In this document: piece after piece, positions 46,665-56,108 of the stretch | Layout of the letters: the number at the start of each line of letters is the position of its first letter | How positions within the stretch are numbered: the first letter of the stretch is position 1 | DNA from: Acidobacteriota bacterium | GTDB taxonomy: Bacteria > Acidobacteriota > UBA890 > WLXD01 | Assembly (NCBI GenBank): GCA_965205505.1 | Contig: CBDBHB010000006.1 | Location: 288,001-352,000, forward strand | DNA: 64,000 bases | Direction: 5' to 3' | The notes under the pieces: generated by a model | What the model was told of the DNA's origin: nothing | What the model saw: the letters and a program-made list of their open reading frames with translations, nothing else | The model's database searches: none | Program-made: the position numbers and the translations under genes

Positions 46665-48044
46665 TCAATGCCGCAGTGCCTGCGCTAATGTCCTGAAGTT
46701 GTCGACGAACCGCTGCGCGTCTTCCGGCTGGTGCTGTATCGACAGTGTCCACTGCTCGGCTTTGCCCCACGGTGGCAGGAAAACGCCGCCGTTGTGCTGC
46801 ACCAAGCAATGGAGGTGGCTAAGATCGCCGTCGATCTCGAGGAAGCCGCGGTAGTTGTCGAGGCGCGTCGACGAGAACGTCACACAGCCCTTGGCTCCGA
46901 AAGCCATCACGTGCGCGTCCATCCCGTACTCTTCGATGATCGCCTCCACGCCGCGTTGCATGTGCTCTCGGAGCGACTCGACGTGCGCGTGGGCGTCGTC
47001 GTCGAGGATCTCGGTAAGTACCGCTCGGCACGCCGCCATGGTCAGTGCATTCCCGTTGAACGTGCCGATCTGCTCGTACTCGTGCTCGACGATCAGACCC
47101 ATGATCGCTTCGCTGCCGCCGACCGCGCCACACGGCACGCCGCCACCGATCGCCTTGGCAAGGGTGACCAGATCCGGGGTCACGCCGAGTCGCCGGGTGG
47201 CTCCTCCGGTTCCTACGGTGAGGCCCGTTTTGACCTCGTCGAAGGTCAACAACGCGCCGTGACGATGGAGCAGATCCTTCAAACCCGCCAGGTAGCCATC
47301 CTGGGGGCCGATGACGCCGGCATTCATCATGATCGGCTCGAGGATCATCCCGGCGATTCGACCGGGGTTCTCCACCAGGAGGCTCTCCACCAGCTCCAGA
47401 TCGTTGTAGTGAACGATCCAGGTCAGATCGGTAATCGCGGCGGGCAAGCCGCTACCGGCTTGCGGGCTATGCGGTCGCTCGACCGGCCCGATCTCGTCGG
47501 CCTCGCTGGCCACCGAGACCATCGCCGAATCGTGGTGGCCGTGGTAACAGCCCTCCACCTTGAGAACGATGTCCCGACCCGTGGCGCAGCGCATGAGGTG
47601 GAATGCATCGAGCGTCGACTCGGTCCCGGAGTTCGTAAAGCGCCAAAGCGGTTGATCGAATCGTCGTGTCAGCTCCTCGGCGACGACGATCGCGTCCTCG
47701 TTCGGCTGAGCAAAGTGGGTGCCGAGCAGAGCCCGCTCGCTCAAGGCGCGCACCAGCACCGGGTGCCCGTGGCCGACAAGGCCGACGCCGTAGCCGCCGT
47801 GAAGGTCGATGTACTCGTTGCCGTCGACGTCGTAGACCTTCGAGCCGCTCCCGTGGCTGATCCACACGGTTTGTGGTCGCGCCATCTGCCAACTCGAAGT
47901 GGCTCCTCCGGCCAGCGATCGAAGCGCCCGCGCCGACAGCTCCGCCGACCTCGGCTGGCGCTCGACGAAGATGCGCTCCTGCGCCTCGATGAGCTCGGCG
48001 AGAGGTGCTTTGCTGCCGACACTTGCTTCCGTGGTCTCAGACAT
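46665..48044 (-). CDS. Class III PLP-dependent aminotransferase (glutamate-1-semialdehyde aminomutase-like)
   Basis: DVDGNEYID, TNSGTE, EGCYHG, FDEVKTG, PDLVTLAKAIGGG, GTFNGN. Confidence 0.9.
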   Translation of the reverse strand: MSETTEASVGSKAPLAELIEAQERIFVERQPRSAELSARALRSLAGGATSSWQMARPQTVWISHGSGSKVYDVDGNEYIDLHGGYGVGLVGHGHPVLVRALSERALLGTHFAQPNEDAIVVAEELTRRFDQPLWRFTNSGTESTLDAFHLMRCATGRDIVLKVEGCYHGHHDSAMVSVASEADEIGPVERPHSPQAGSGLPAAITDLTWIVHYNDLELVESLLVENPGRIAGMILEPIMMNAGVIGPQDGYLAGLKDLLHRHGALLTFDEVKTGLTVGTGGATRRLGVTPDLVTLAKAIGGGVPCGAVGGSEAIMGLIVEHEYEQIGTFNGNALTMAACRAVLTEILDDDAHAHVESLREHMQRGVEAIIEEYGMDAHVMAFGAKGCVTFSSTRLDNYRGFLEIDGDLSHLHCLVQHNGGVFLPPWGKAEQWTLSIQHQPEDAQRFVDNFRTLAQALRH

Positions 48045-48068
48045 CGCAGCCTACTCCGTGGATATTCT

Positions 48069-48084
48069 TTGAACCGCCGTTCAT
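48069..48084. promoter_or_regulatory. Candidate TetR operator 3
   Basis: tTGAAccgccgTTCAt just upstream of the aminotransferase start. Confidence 0.6.
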
Positions 48085-48147
48085 CATGATACCGGTAGCC
48101 GATCGACCAAGTCTATATAACCGGCGCACATGTGCGGCGGGTCGATC

Positions 48148-48193
48148 TTGACGCCCCGAGAAAGGGATCGCTACACTTTGAATGGCGGTTCAA
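48148..48193 (+). promoter_or_regulatory. Sigma-70-type promoter with adjacent candidate TetR operator 4
   Basis: -35 TTGACG (48148-48153), 18-bp spacer, -10 TACACT (48172-48177), immediately followed by TTGAAtggcggTTCAA (48178-48193). RBS AGGAGGT at 48199. Confidence 0.65.
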
Positions 48194-48222
48194 GAAGAGA
48201 TGGTTCATAGGAGGTACCGGTG

Positions 48223-49479
48223 ATGTCCGCACCGATTCCCGCGCCGGCGCTGCAGGCCGTGCTCGAGCCCTTCGGGCGCAGCCGCATGCTTCCCGGTGAG
48301 GCGTACACCTCGCTCGAGGTTTATGCGTGGGAGCTGGAGCGCATCTACGCCGACACCTGGGTGTGCGTCGGCCGCGTCCAGGACCTGCCCCAGGTCGGCT
48401 CGCAGCTAGGCCTTTCGGTCGCCGACAAGCAATTGCTTTTGACGCGCGCCGAAGACCAGTCGATTCGGGGGTTCTTCAACGTTTGCAGCCACCGTGGCCA
48501 CGAGCTCATCGCCTGCGGCGCCGCACGCACCGGCGGCCGGGTGAAGTGTCCGTATCATGGCTGGAGCTACGACCTCGACGGAACGATCGCCAGTACCCGG
48601 CACTGCGAGGACGCGAGCTTCGACCCGGCCGATTTCAGCCTGGTGCCGGTGTCGGTCGGTGAATGGGGTGGCTGGCTGTTCGTGAATATCTCCGGGTCGG
48701 CAGCGGACCTTGGCACCTACACGGGTGATCGCCTCAGCACGGCCATGGCAGCGTACGGCGCCGACGAGCTCGTGGAGGGCGCACGCGACGACTACGTGGT
48801 GAACGCCAACTGGAAGCTGATCATCGAGAACTACCATGAGTGCTACCACTGCCCGCTGATCCATCCGGAGCTGTGCCGGGTCAGCCCGGCCGACAGCGGC
48901 TACCTGTTGCAGCCAGACGGCGCGTGGGTTGGCGGCTCGATGGACATCGTGCCCGGTGCCGAGACACTCTCGTTGACCGGCGAGAGCGGCGCCGAGCCGC
49001 TGCCGGGGCTCAGCGGTGCGCGGCTGCGACAGGTCCTCTATCTGGAGCTGTTCCCGAACTTGCTAATCAGCGCTCACCCCGACTACATCCTGACGCATAC
49101 CTTCGAGCCGGTGGCCGCCGACCGCACCCGGGTCGAGTGCCGCTGGCTGTTCGCTCCCGAGGTCGTCTCGCGGGAGGATTTCGACCCGGCCTATGCGCGC
49201 GACTTCTGGCATATCACCAATCAGCAGGACTGGGCGGTGTGCGAGGGCGCGCAGCGCGGCATGAACACGGGCGCCTACCGCGCCGGCCCGCTGTCGGACA
49301 ACGAGGAAGCCCTCTATCATCACCTGGCGATGGTCGCCCATACGTATCGTCGCGGCGCCTTTGATCCGCGTTGGGCCGAGGAGCTGGCCCTCCCGGAATC
49401 GCGTACCCCACCCCCATCACATACTCAGTTTCTAGCAGCGAGCTGCATCGGCGTCCGCCGGCAGCAAAGGAGAGGTGTC
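48223..49479 (+). CDS. Rieske non-heme iron oxygenase alpha subunit (choline monooxygenase/GbcA-like); no in-frame stop before the ALDH
   Basis: CSHRGH...CPYHGW Rieske motif, NWKLIIENYHECYHCPLIHP, QQDWAVCE. End coordinate approximate. Confidence 0.85.
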
Positions 49480-50997
49480 GTGGCCCTCAGCACACTCGAG
49501 ACGTACGATCACGCCCAGTGGCGCACTGTTGCCGACGCCGTGACCCCCGAGGTGCGGCTGTTCATCGACGGCGAGCATGTTGACGCCATCCGCGGAGGTC
49601 GCTTCGAGAGCGTCAACCCGACCACCGGCGAAGTGTTTGCCGAGGTCGCCGCGGGCACCGAAGAAGACATCGACGCTGCCGTAGCCTCGGCGCTGCGCGC
49701 CTACCGCTCGGGCTCCTGGGCGCGCATGGCGCCACGCCAGCGCATGCAGGTGCTGTACGACTTCGCGGCGCTGATCGACGAGCACTCCGAGGAGCTCGCG
49801 GTACTCGAGACGCTGGATATGGGCAAGCCCATCGCCGACGTGATCTCCGTCGACCTGCCGGCCTGCGTCGAGACGTTCCAGTATTTCGGGGAGTGCATCG
49901 ACAAGATCGAGAGCACGGTGACCGCTACCGAGTTCGACGTGCTCCACTACACGTTGCGCCAGCCGCTTGGCGTGGTAGGCGCGATCTCGCCGTGGAACTA
50001 TCCGCTGTTGATGGCCACCTGGAAGGTGGCGCCGGCACTGGCGGCCGGCAACTCGGTCGTGCTCAAGCCGGCGGAGCAGTCACCGCTGAGCTGCATCCGG
50101 CTCGCCGAGCTGTTCGTCGAGGCTGGCGGCCCGCCGGGGGTGTTCAACGTCGTCAACGGCATGGGCGAGGTTGCCGGCAAGGCGCTGGCGCTGCATGGCG
50201 ACGTCGCCAAGATCACCTTCACGGGGTCGACCGAGGTCGGCAAGCTGATCCTGACGTACGCCGGGCAGTCGAACATGAAGCGCGTCTCGCTGGAATGCGG
50301 TGGCAAGACGCCACAGATCTTCATGGGTGACCTGCCTGACATGGAGCAAGCGGTGTCGGCAGCGTTCAACGGCGTTTTCGCCAACATGGGTGAAGTATGT
50401 AACGCCGGCTCGCGGCTGCTTGTGGACCGCTCCATCCACGACGAGTTCGTCGAGCAGTTCGTTGCCACCGGCCGCGACGCCTATAAGCCCGGCGACCCGC
50501 TCGACCCCGCTACCAACATGGGTCCGCTGGTGACGGCGGAAGCGCAGCAGCGCGTGCTCGGCTACATCGAGGCCGGCAAGAACGAGGGCGCCAAGGTGGA
50601 GTTCGGCGGCGATGTGCCGGATGGCGACTTAGCTGCCGGTGCGTTCGTCAACCCGACCCTGTTCACGGGCGTCAACAACGACATGAAGATCGCCCGCGAG
50701 GAGATCTTCGGCCCGGTCACCGGGGTGATTCCGGTCGACGGCGTCGAGGAGGCGTTGGCGGTGGCCAACGACACCGTCTACGGGCTGGCAGCCGGCATCT
50801 GGACGCGCGACCTGAACACCGCGCATCGGCTCATCCGCGACGTCGAGGCCGGGGTCATCTGGGTCAACTGCTTCGACGAGGGTGACATGACGCAGCCGTT
50901 CGGGGGCATGAAGCAGTCCGGCAACGCCAAGGACAAGTGCTTCGAGAGCCTGCTGAACTACACGGACACGAAATCGGCCTGGATCCGTCACGGATAG
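49480..50997 (+). CDS. Aldehyde dehydrogenase (PuuC/aminoaldehyde dehydrogenase-like)
   Basis: Own RBS AAAGGAGAGG before in-frame GTG 49480. PWNYP, KPAEQSP, FTGSTEVG, LECGGK, catalytic GEVCNAG, EEIFGP. Confidence 0.9.
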   Translation: MALSTLETYDHAQWRTVADAVTPEVRLFIDGEHVDAIRGGRFESVNPTTGEVFAEVAAGTEEDIDAAVASALRAYRSGSWARMAPRQRMQVLYDFAALIDEHSEELAVLETLDMGKPIADVISVDLPACVETFQYFGECIDKIESTVTATEFDVLHYTLRQPLGVVGAISPWNYPLLMATWKVAPALAAGNSVVLKPAEQSPLSCIRLAELFVEAGGPPGVFNVVNGMGEVAGKALALHGDVAKITFTGSTEVGKLILTYAGQSNMKRVSLECGGKTPQIFMGDLPDMEQAVSAAFNGVFANMGEVCNAGSRLLVDRSIHDEFVEQFVATGRDAYKPGDPLDPATNMGPLVTAEAQQRVLGYIEAGKNEGAKVEFGGDVPDGDLAAGAFVNPTLFTGVNNDMKIAREEIFGPVTGVIPVDGVEEALAVANDTVYGLAAGIWTRDLNTAHRLIRDVEAGVIWVNCFDEGDMTQPFGGMKQSGNAKDKCFESLLNYTDTKSAWIRHG

Positions 50998-51075
50998 CGC
51001 CGCGCGCCCGATCATCCATCGCGGTTGACGCGCGTCGCGCGCCTGCAGACCGCACACATGAACAGGACGAGCCCA

Positions 51076-51894
51076 ATGGCCTTCGAGACCATCGATTACG
51101 ATCGCCGCGGACCGATTGGCGTCATCACCTTGAATCGGCCGCAGGTGCTCAACGCCATGAACAAGCAGCTACTCGACGACCTCGACGCGGCGCTCGACCA
51201 GATCGAAAAAGACGACGACGTGCGTGTGGTCGTTCTGCACGGCGCCGGGCGCTCCTTCTGCTCCGGCTTCGACTTGAAGGACGAGGCCGAGTCGGAGAGC
51301 GCCAACGTTGTCGATCTGGCGCCGGCGCTGCAGCGCGACTTCGACACGATCATGCGACTCTGGAACTTCCCCAAGCCGACCATCTCGGCGGTGCACGGCT
51401 ACGCCATCGCCGGTGGCTGTGAGCTCGCCCTCGCCTGCGACATGACGGTTGCCGACGAGACCTTCAAGCTCGGCGAGCCCGACCTGCGCTTCGGCGCCGG
51501 CGTGGTGGTGATGCTGCTGCCCTGGCTCACCGGCCCCAAGCAGGCCAAGGAGCTGTATTTCACCGGCGACGATCGCGTGCCAGCGCAGCGTTGCCTGGAG
51601 ATGGGGCTCATCAACAAGGTGGTTCCCGAGGGCGAGCACCTCGAGGCGGCGCTGCAGATGGCACGCAAGATCGCGGTCATCGATCCCTTCTCGATGACCA
51701 CCACCAAGAAGGCGATCAACCGTACCTACGACATCATGGGTATGCGCGAGGCGCTCGGCGACTCCCACGACATGGGTGTGCTCATCGAGGCCGCGGTGGT
51801 GCCGGAGCGCCAGGAGTTCATGGCCATCGCCCGCAAGGATGGTCTGAAGGCGGCGATCGCTTGGCGTGACGCACGATTCGCGGACTTCGACTGA
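51076..51894 (+). CDS. Enoyl-CoA hydratase/isomerase family protein
   Basis: ITLNRPQVLNA, FCSGFDL, AVHGYAIAGGCELALACD. Confidence 0.9.
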   Translation: MAFETIDYDRRGPIGVITLNRPQVLNAMNKQLLDDLDAALDQIEKDDDVRVVVLHGAGRSFCSGFDLKDEAESESANVVDLAPALQRDFDTIMRLWNFPKPTISAVHGYAIAGGCELALACDMTVADETFKLGEPDLRFGAGVVVMLLPWLTGPKQAKELYFTGDDRVPAQRCLEMGLINKVVPEGEHLEAALQMARKIAVIDPFSMTTTKKAINRTYDIMGMREALGDSHDMGVLIEAAVVPERQEFMAIARKDGLKAAIAWRDARFADFD

Positions 51895-52058
51895 AGCGCG
51901 TTTGTAAGTAACCCCGTGATCGGTCTCTTCCGATCGTGAGGCCCGCCACGCCCCGGCGAGGGCGGATAGTACGCAAGCACCCCTCCAACCTCGACTCGGA
52001 ACGTGGTACAGATCCCCATCCAATCGTGCGCTCGACCCACTCGACTCCGGAGGCACCC

Positions 52059-54002
52059 GTGCCTGGAAAGAAGGCAAGCTGGTCCCTGATCGTAATCGCC
52101 GCGCTCGCCATCGCGTTGGCCACTCCCGGCGGCGCCGCGGGATGGTCGGCTGCCCCGGCTTCCGGACAGGAGGGTCACGAACGCGGCTACGACGTGCGCA
52201 AGGACCGCAGCAACATGGTGCCGATGCGCGACGGTGCGCTCCTGTCGACCGACATCTACTTTCCGGACGGCGCCGAGGGGCCGCTTTCCACGATCCTGAT
52301 CCGCACTCCCTACAACAAGGAGAACACCTACCCTTATCGCCGCACTCGGTCGGCCGATGATCCCGGCTGGATCCCGACGTTCGTTTCCGAGGGATACGTC
52401 GTCGTGGTGCAGGACATCCGCGGCCGCTTCGAGTCGGAGGGTCGATACCGGGTGCGCTACTCGGACCGCGACGACGGCTACGACACGGTCGAGTGGCTGA
52501 TCAACCAGCCGTGGTCGGACCAGAAGGTCGCCACCTTCGGTTGCTCATATCTGGGCGAGACGCAGCTGGCGCTCTCGGCTGCCAAGCATCCGAACCACAT
52601 CGCGGCAATGCCGCAGGCGCCGTCGGCCGCGTACTACGCTCCGGGGCGCCCGTGGTCGTCGTTCGACGGGGGCGTGTTCGAGCTCGCCCAGACCGCCGGC
52701 TGGTTCCTCAACAGCGGCACGACGGTGTTCATGCAGCCACCTGACCACGTCGATCGCGAGGAGTGGTTCAAGGGCGATATGGCGCGCAAGTTCATGGTCT
52801 ATCCGGACGCCGGTCGCGAGAATGCCTTCCAGGCGTACCAGCATCTGCCGATCGTCGACATCGTCAAGAACCGGCGCATGACCCACACGGACTACGAGGA
52901 ATACGCCTCCAACCCGCCGGAGTCGGACTACTTCTACGACAACGACTTCGTACGCTCCAACGACACCTTCGACGTGCCGGCGCTCTACATCGACTCCTGG
53001 TACGACTTCGGCGTCGACGACACGCTGACGATGTTCAACCAGATGCGCGACAAGGCGGTGAGCGAGCGGGCGCGCAGAAACCAGTTCGTTATCGTTGCCC
53101 CCTCGACCCACTGCGGCTGGGAGCGCGCCACGGAGAACACCATCGTCGGCGAGCGTGAGTTGGGCGATGCGCGCAAGGACTTCCAGGACATCTACATGCG
53201 TTGGATGGCCCACTGGCTCAAGGGCGACGACAACGGCATCACCGACATGCCGCGGGTGCAATACTACCTGATGGGCGCCAACGAGTGGCGCAGCGACGAC
53301 TACTGGCCGCCTTCGGGCACGACGAGCGAGAAGATCTACCTGCAGTCGGGGGGTCGCGCCAACAGCCGCTTCGGCGACGGCACGCTGTCGTGGTCAGTGC
53401 CCTCCGGCGATCAGCCGGCCGATCGCTTCACCTACGATCCGGCGACGCCCGTCCCCACCCGGGGCGGCAACACCTGCTGCACCGGGTTTCCCGAGGGCTC
53501 CGGCGGCTACGATCAGTCGACCAACGAGATGCGTGCCGACATCTTGGTCTACACCTCCGAGCCGCTCGAGGAGGGCATCGAGGTCACCGGTGATCTCGGC
53601 GCGGTGCTGTACGTAGGCTCCGATGCGAAGGACACCGACTTCACACTGAAGCTGGTAGACGTGTATCCGGATGGTCGTGCCTTCAACATCCAGGAGGGCG
53701 CGCGGCGGATGCGCTACCGCGACAATCTTTCCGTCCCGGTGTGGATGGAAGCGGGCGAGGTGTACGAGATTCAGCTGGACCTGCATGCCGCGTCCAACTA
53801 TTTCGCCAAGGGCCACCGCATCCGTGTCGAGGTATCGAGCTCCAATTTTCCGCGCTGGAGCCGCAACCTGAACACCGGTGGCAACAACTACGACGAGACC
53901 GAATGGGTGGTAGCAAACCAGATCGTGCACCACTCCGCCGAATACCCGTCGCATGTGATCTTGCCGATCGTGAAGTCGGGAACGGTGGCCGACGACGAGT
54001 AG
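52059..54002 (+). CDS. Exported CocE/NonD family serine hydrolase (paralog 1)
   Basis: GGAGG RBS plus GTG and signal peptide. VPMRDG, IRTPY, QDIRGRFESEG, GCSY nucleophile, SWYD, GHRIRVEVSSSNFP. Confidence 0.92.
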   Translation: MPGKKASWSLIVIAALAIALATPGGAAGWSAAPASGQEGHERGYDVRKDRSNMVPMRDGALLSTDIYFPDGAEGPLSTILIRTPYNKENTYPYRRTRSADDPGWIPTFVSEGYVVVVQDIRGRFESEGRYRVRYSDRDDGYDTVEWLINQPWSDQKVATFGCSYLGETQLALSAAKHPNHIAAMPQAPSAAYYAPGRPWSSFDGGVFELAQTAGWFLNSGTTVFMQPPDHVDREEWFKGDMARKFMVYPDAGRENAFQAYQHLPIVDIVKNRRMTHTDYEEYASNPPESDYFYDNDFVRSNDTFDVPALYIDSWYDFGVDDTLTMFNQMRDKAVSERARRNQFVIVAPSTHCGWERATENTIVGERELGDARKDFQDIYMRWMAHWLKGDDNGITDMPRVQYYLMGANEWRSDDYWPPSGTTSEKIYLQSGGRANSRFGDGTLSWSVPSGDQPADRFTYDPATPVPTRGGNTCCTGFPEGSGGYDQSTNEMRADILVYTSEPLEEGIEVTGDLGAVLYVGSDAKDTDFTLKLVDVYPDGRAFNIQEGARRMRYRDNLSVPVWMEAGEVYEIQLDLHAASNYFAKGHRIRVEVSSSNFPRWSRNLNTGGNNYDETEWVVANQIVHHSAEYPSHVILPIVKSGTVADDE

Positions 54003-54184
54003 CCGGAGGGTGCGACAATTCGCCTGACAGCCGGCCGCGCAATCGCTTGGCGCCGACGGCGCGGTAGCCGTGACCCCTACGAGTCTCGCGGTCCGTCGCG
54101 GACCCTCCATCCGCGCGGCCGAACGTGATACAGATTCGCCAGCTGAACTTCACTTCTCGTTACGCGTCGACTCCGGAGGCACCC

Positions 54185-56098
54185 GTGCCTGGAAAGAGAG
54201 CAAGCTGGTCCCTGATCGCGATCGCAGCGCTGGTCACTGCAATTCTGGTATCCGGCGGTGCCGCGAGCCAGGCTTCCCAGGACGGCTACGAGGTACGCCG
54301 CGACCGCAGCAACATGGTGCCGATGCGGGACGGCGTGCGGCTGTCGACCGATCTGTACTTCCCCGAAGGCACCGAGGGGCCCCACTCCACCGTCCTCATC
54401 CGGACGCCCTACAACAAGGAGAACAGTGGCCGCGGCACCACCGTTTCGATGTTCGTCGACAAGGGCTACGTGGTGGCGGTGCAGGACATCCGTGGCCGCT
54501 ACGAGTCTGAAGGCAACTACCGGTTGCGCTATTCCGACCGCGAGGACGGCTACGACACAGTGGAGTGGATGATCAACCAGTCGTGGTCCAACCAGAAGGT
54601 GGCCAGCTTCGGCTGCTCGTACCTAGGCGAGACGCAGCTGGCGCTGGCGGCTTCCAAGCACCCCAATCACATCGCGGCGATGCCCGCGGCGCCCTCGTCG
54701 GCCTACTACCCACCGGGGCGGCCCTGGGCGTCCTACGACGGCGGCGTGTTCGAGCTGGCGCAGACGGCCGGCTGGTTCATGGGCGCCGGTAGCAAAGTGT
54801 TCCTGCAGCCACCGGATTGGGTCGACCGCGAGGAGTGGTTCAAGGGCGAGATGGCGCGCAAGTTCGAGAACTACGCCGACCCTCGTCGTGGCACCGAGGG
54901 TGGCGGCCGCCGAAGCCGCGTCGGCGCCTTCGACGCTCTACCGGTGATCGACCTCGTCAAGAACACCGGCATGACGCACACCGACTACGAGGAATACCTC
55001 ACCAATCCGCCGGAGTCTGATTACTTCTACGACAACGACTTCATCCGCTCCGACGACACCTTCGACGTGCCGGCGCTGTACATCGACTCCTGGTACGACT
55101 TCGGCGTCGACGAGACGCTGACGATGTTCAACCAGATGCGCGACAACGCGGTCAGCGAGCACGCCCGCAGCAACCAGTTCGTCATCGTCGCCCCGTCGAC
55201 CCATTGCGGTTGGACGCGCGCCACCGAGAACACCATCATCGGCGAGCGTGAGCTCGGCGACGCGCGCAAGGACTTCCTCGACATCTACATGCGCTGGATG
55301 TCGCACTGGCTCGACGGCGAGGACAACGGCATCACCGACATGCCGCGGGTGCAGTACTACCTGATGGGCGCCAACGAGTGGCGCGAGTCGGAGGTATGGC
55401 CGCCGGAGGGCACCACCGACACGAAGCTTTACCTGAACTCCGGCGGCCGCGCCAACAGCCGCTTCGGCGACGGCACGCTGTCGTGGAGCGCCCCGAGCGG
55501 CGATCAACCGGCCGATCGCTACACCTACGATCCAGGTACTCCGGTGCCGACGCGCGGCGGCAACACCTGCTGCACGGGTCTGCCTGACGGCTCAGGTAGC
55601 TATGACCAGTCGAACAACGAGATGCGCGCCGACGTCCTCGTCTATACGTCCGAGCCGCTGGAGGAAGGCATCGAGATGAGCGGCGACATCAGCGCGGTGC
55701 TCTACGTCGGCTCCGACGCGAAGGACACCGACTTCATGCTCAAGCTCGTCGACGTCTACCCAGATGGACGCGCCTTCAACATCCAGGAAGGCGCGCGCCG
55801 CGTGCGCTACCGCGACAACGACTCGGTACCCGTTTGGATGGAGGAAGGCGAGGTCTACGAGATCCGACTCGACCTGCACTCGTCGTCCAACTACTTCGGC
55901 AAGGGGCACCGGATCCGCGTCGACGTGACGAGCAGCGACTTCCCGCGCTTCGACCGCAACCTCAACACCGGCGGCAACAACTACGACGAGACCGAGTGGG
56001 TGGTGGCCCAGCAGATCGTGGAGCACTCGGCGCAGTACCCGTCGCACGTGATCCTGCCGATCGTGAAGTCGGGTGCGGTCGCCGACGACGAGGAGTAG
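54185..56098 (+). CDS. Exported CocE/NonD family serine hydrolase (paralog 2, tandem duplicate)
   Basis: Same RBS/start context and motifs as paralog 1, with long near-identical stretches. Confidence 0.92.
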   Translation: MPGKRASWSLIAIAALVTAILVSGGAASQASQDGYEVRRDRSNMVPMRDGVRLSTDLYFPEGTEGPHSTVLIRTPYNKENSGRGTTVSMFVDKGYVVAVQDIRGRYESEGNYRLRYSDREDGYDTVEWMINQSWSNQKVASFGCSYLGETQLALAASKHPNHIAAMPAAPSSAYYPPGRPWASYDGGVFELAQTAGWFMGAGSKVFLQPPDWVDREEWFKGEMARKFENYADPRRGTEGGGRRSRVGAFDALPVIDLVKNTGMTHTDYEEYLTNPPESDYFYDNDFIRSDDTFDVPALYIDSWYDFGVDETLTMFNQMRDNAVSEHARSNQFVIVAPSTHCGWTRATENTIIGERELGDARKDFLDIYMRWMSHWLDGEDNGITDMPRVQYYLMGANEWRESEVWPPEGTTDTKLYLNSGGRANSRFGDGTLSWSAPSGDQPADRYTYDPGTPVPTRGGNTCCTGLPDGSGSYDQSNNEMRADVLVYTSEPLEEGIEMSGDISAVLYVGSDAKDTDFMLKLVDVYPDGRAFNIQEGARRVRYRDNDSVPVWMEEGEVYEIRLDLHSSSNYFGKGHRIRVDVTSSDFPRFDRNLNTGGNNYDETEWVVAQQIVEHSAQYPSHVILPIVKSGAVADDEE

Positions 56099-56108
56099 GC
56101 GAACGCCG

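Noticed and set aside
46665-48044. hemL (tetrapyrrole synthesis)
   Set aside because: No hem genes are nearby, and the gene is linked to a polyamine transporter and a candidate operator. Called only as a class III aminotransferase.
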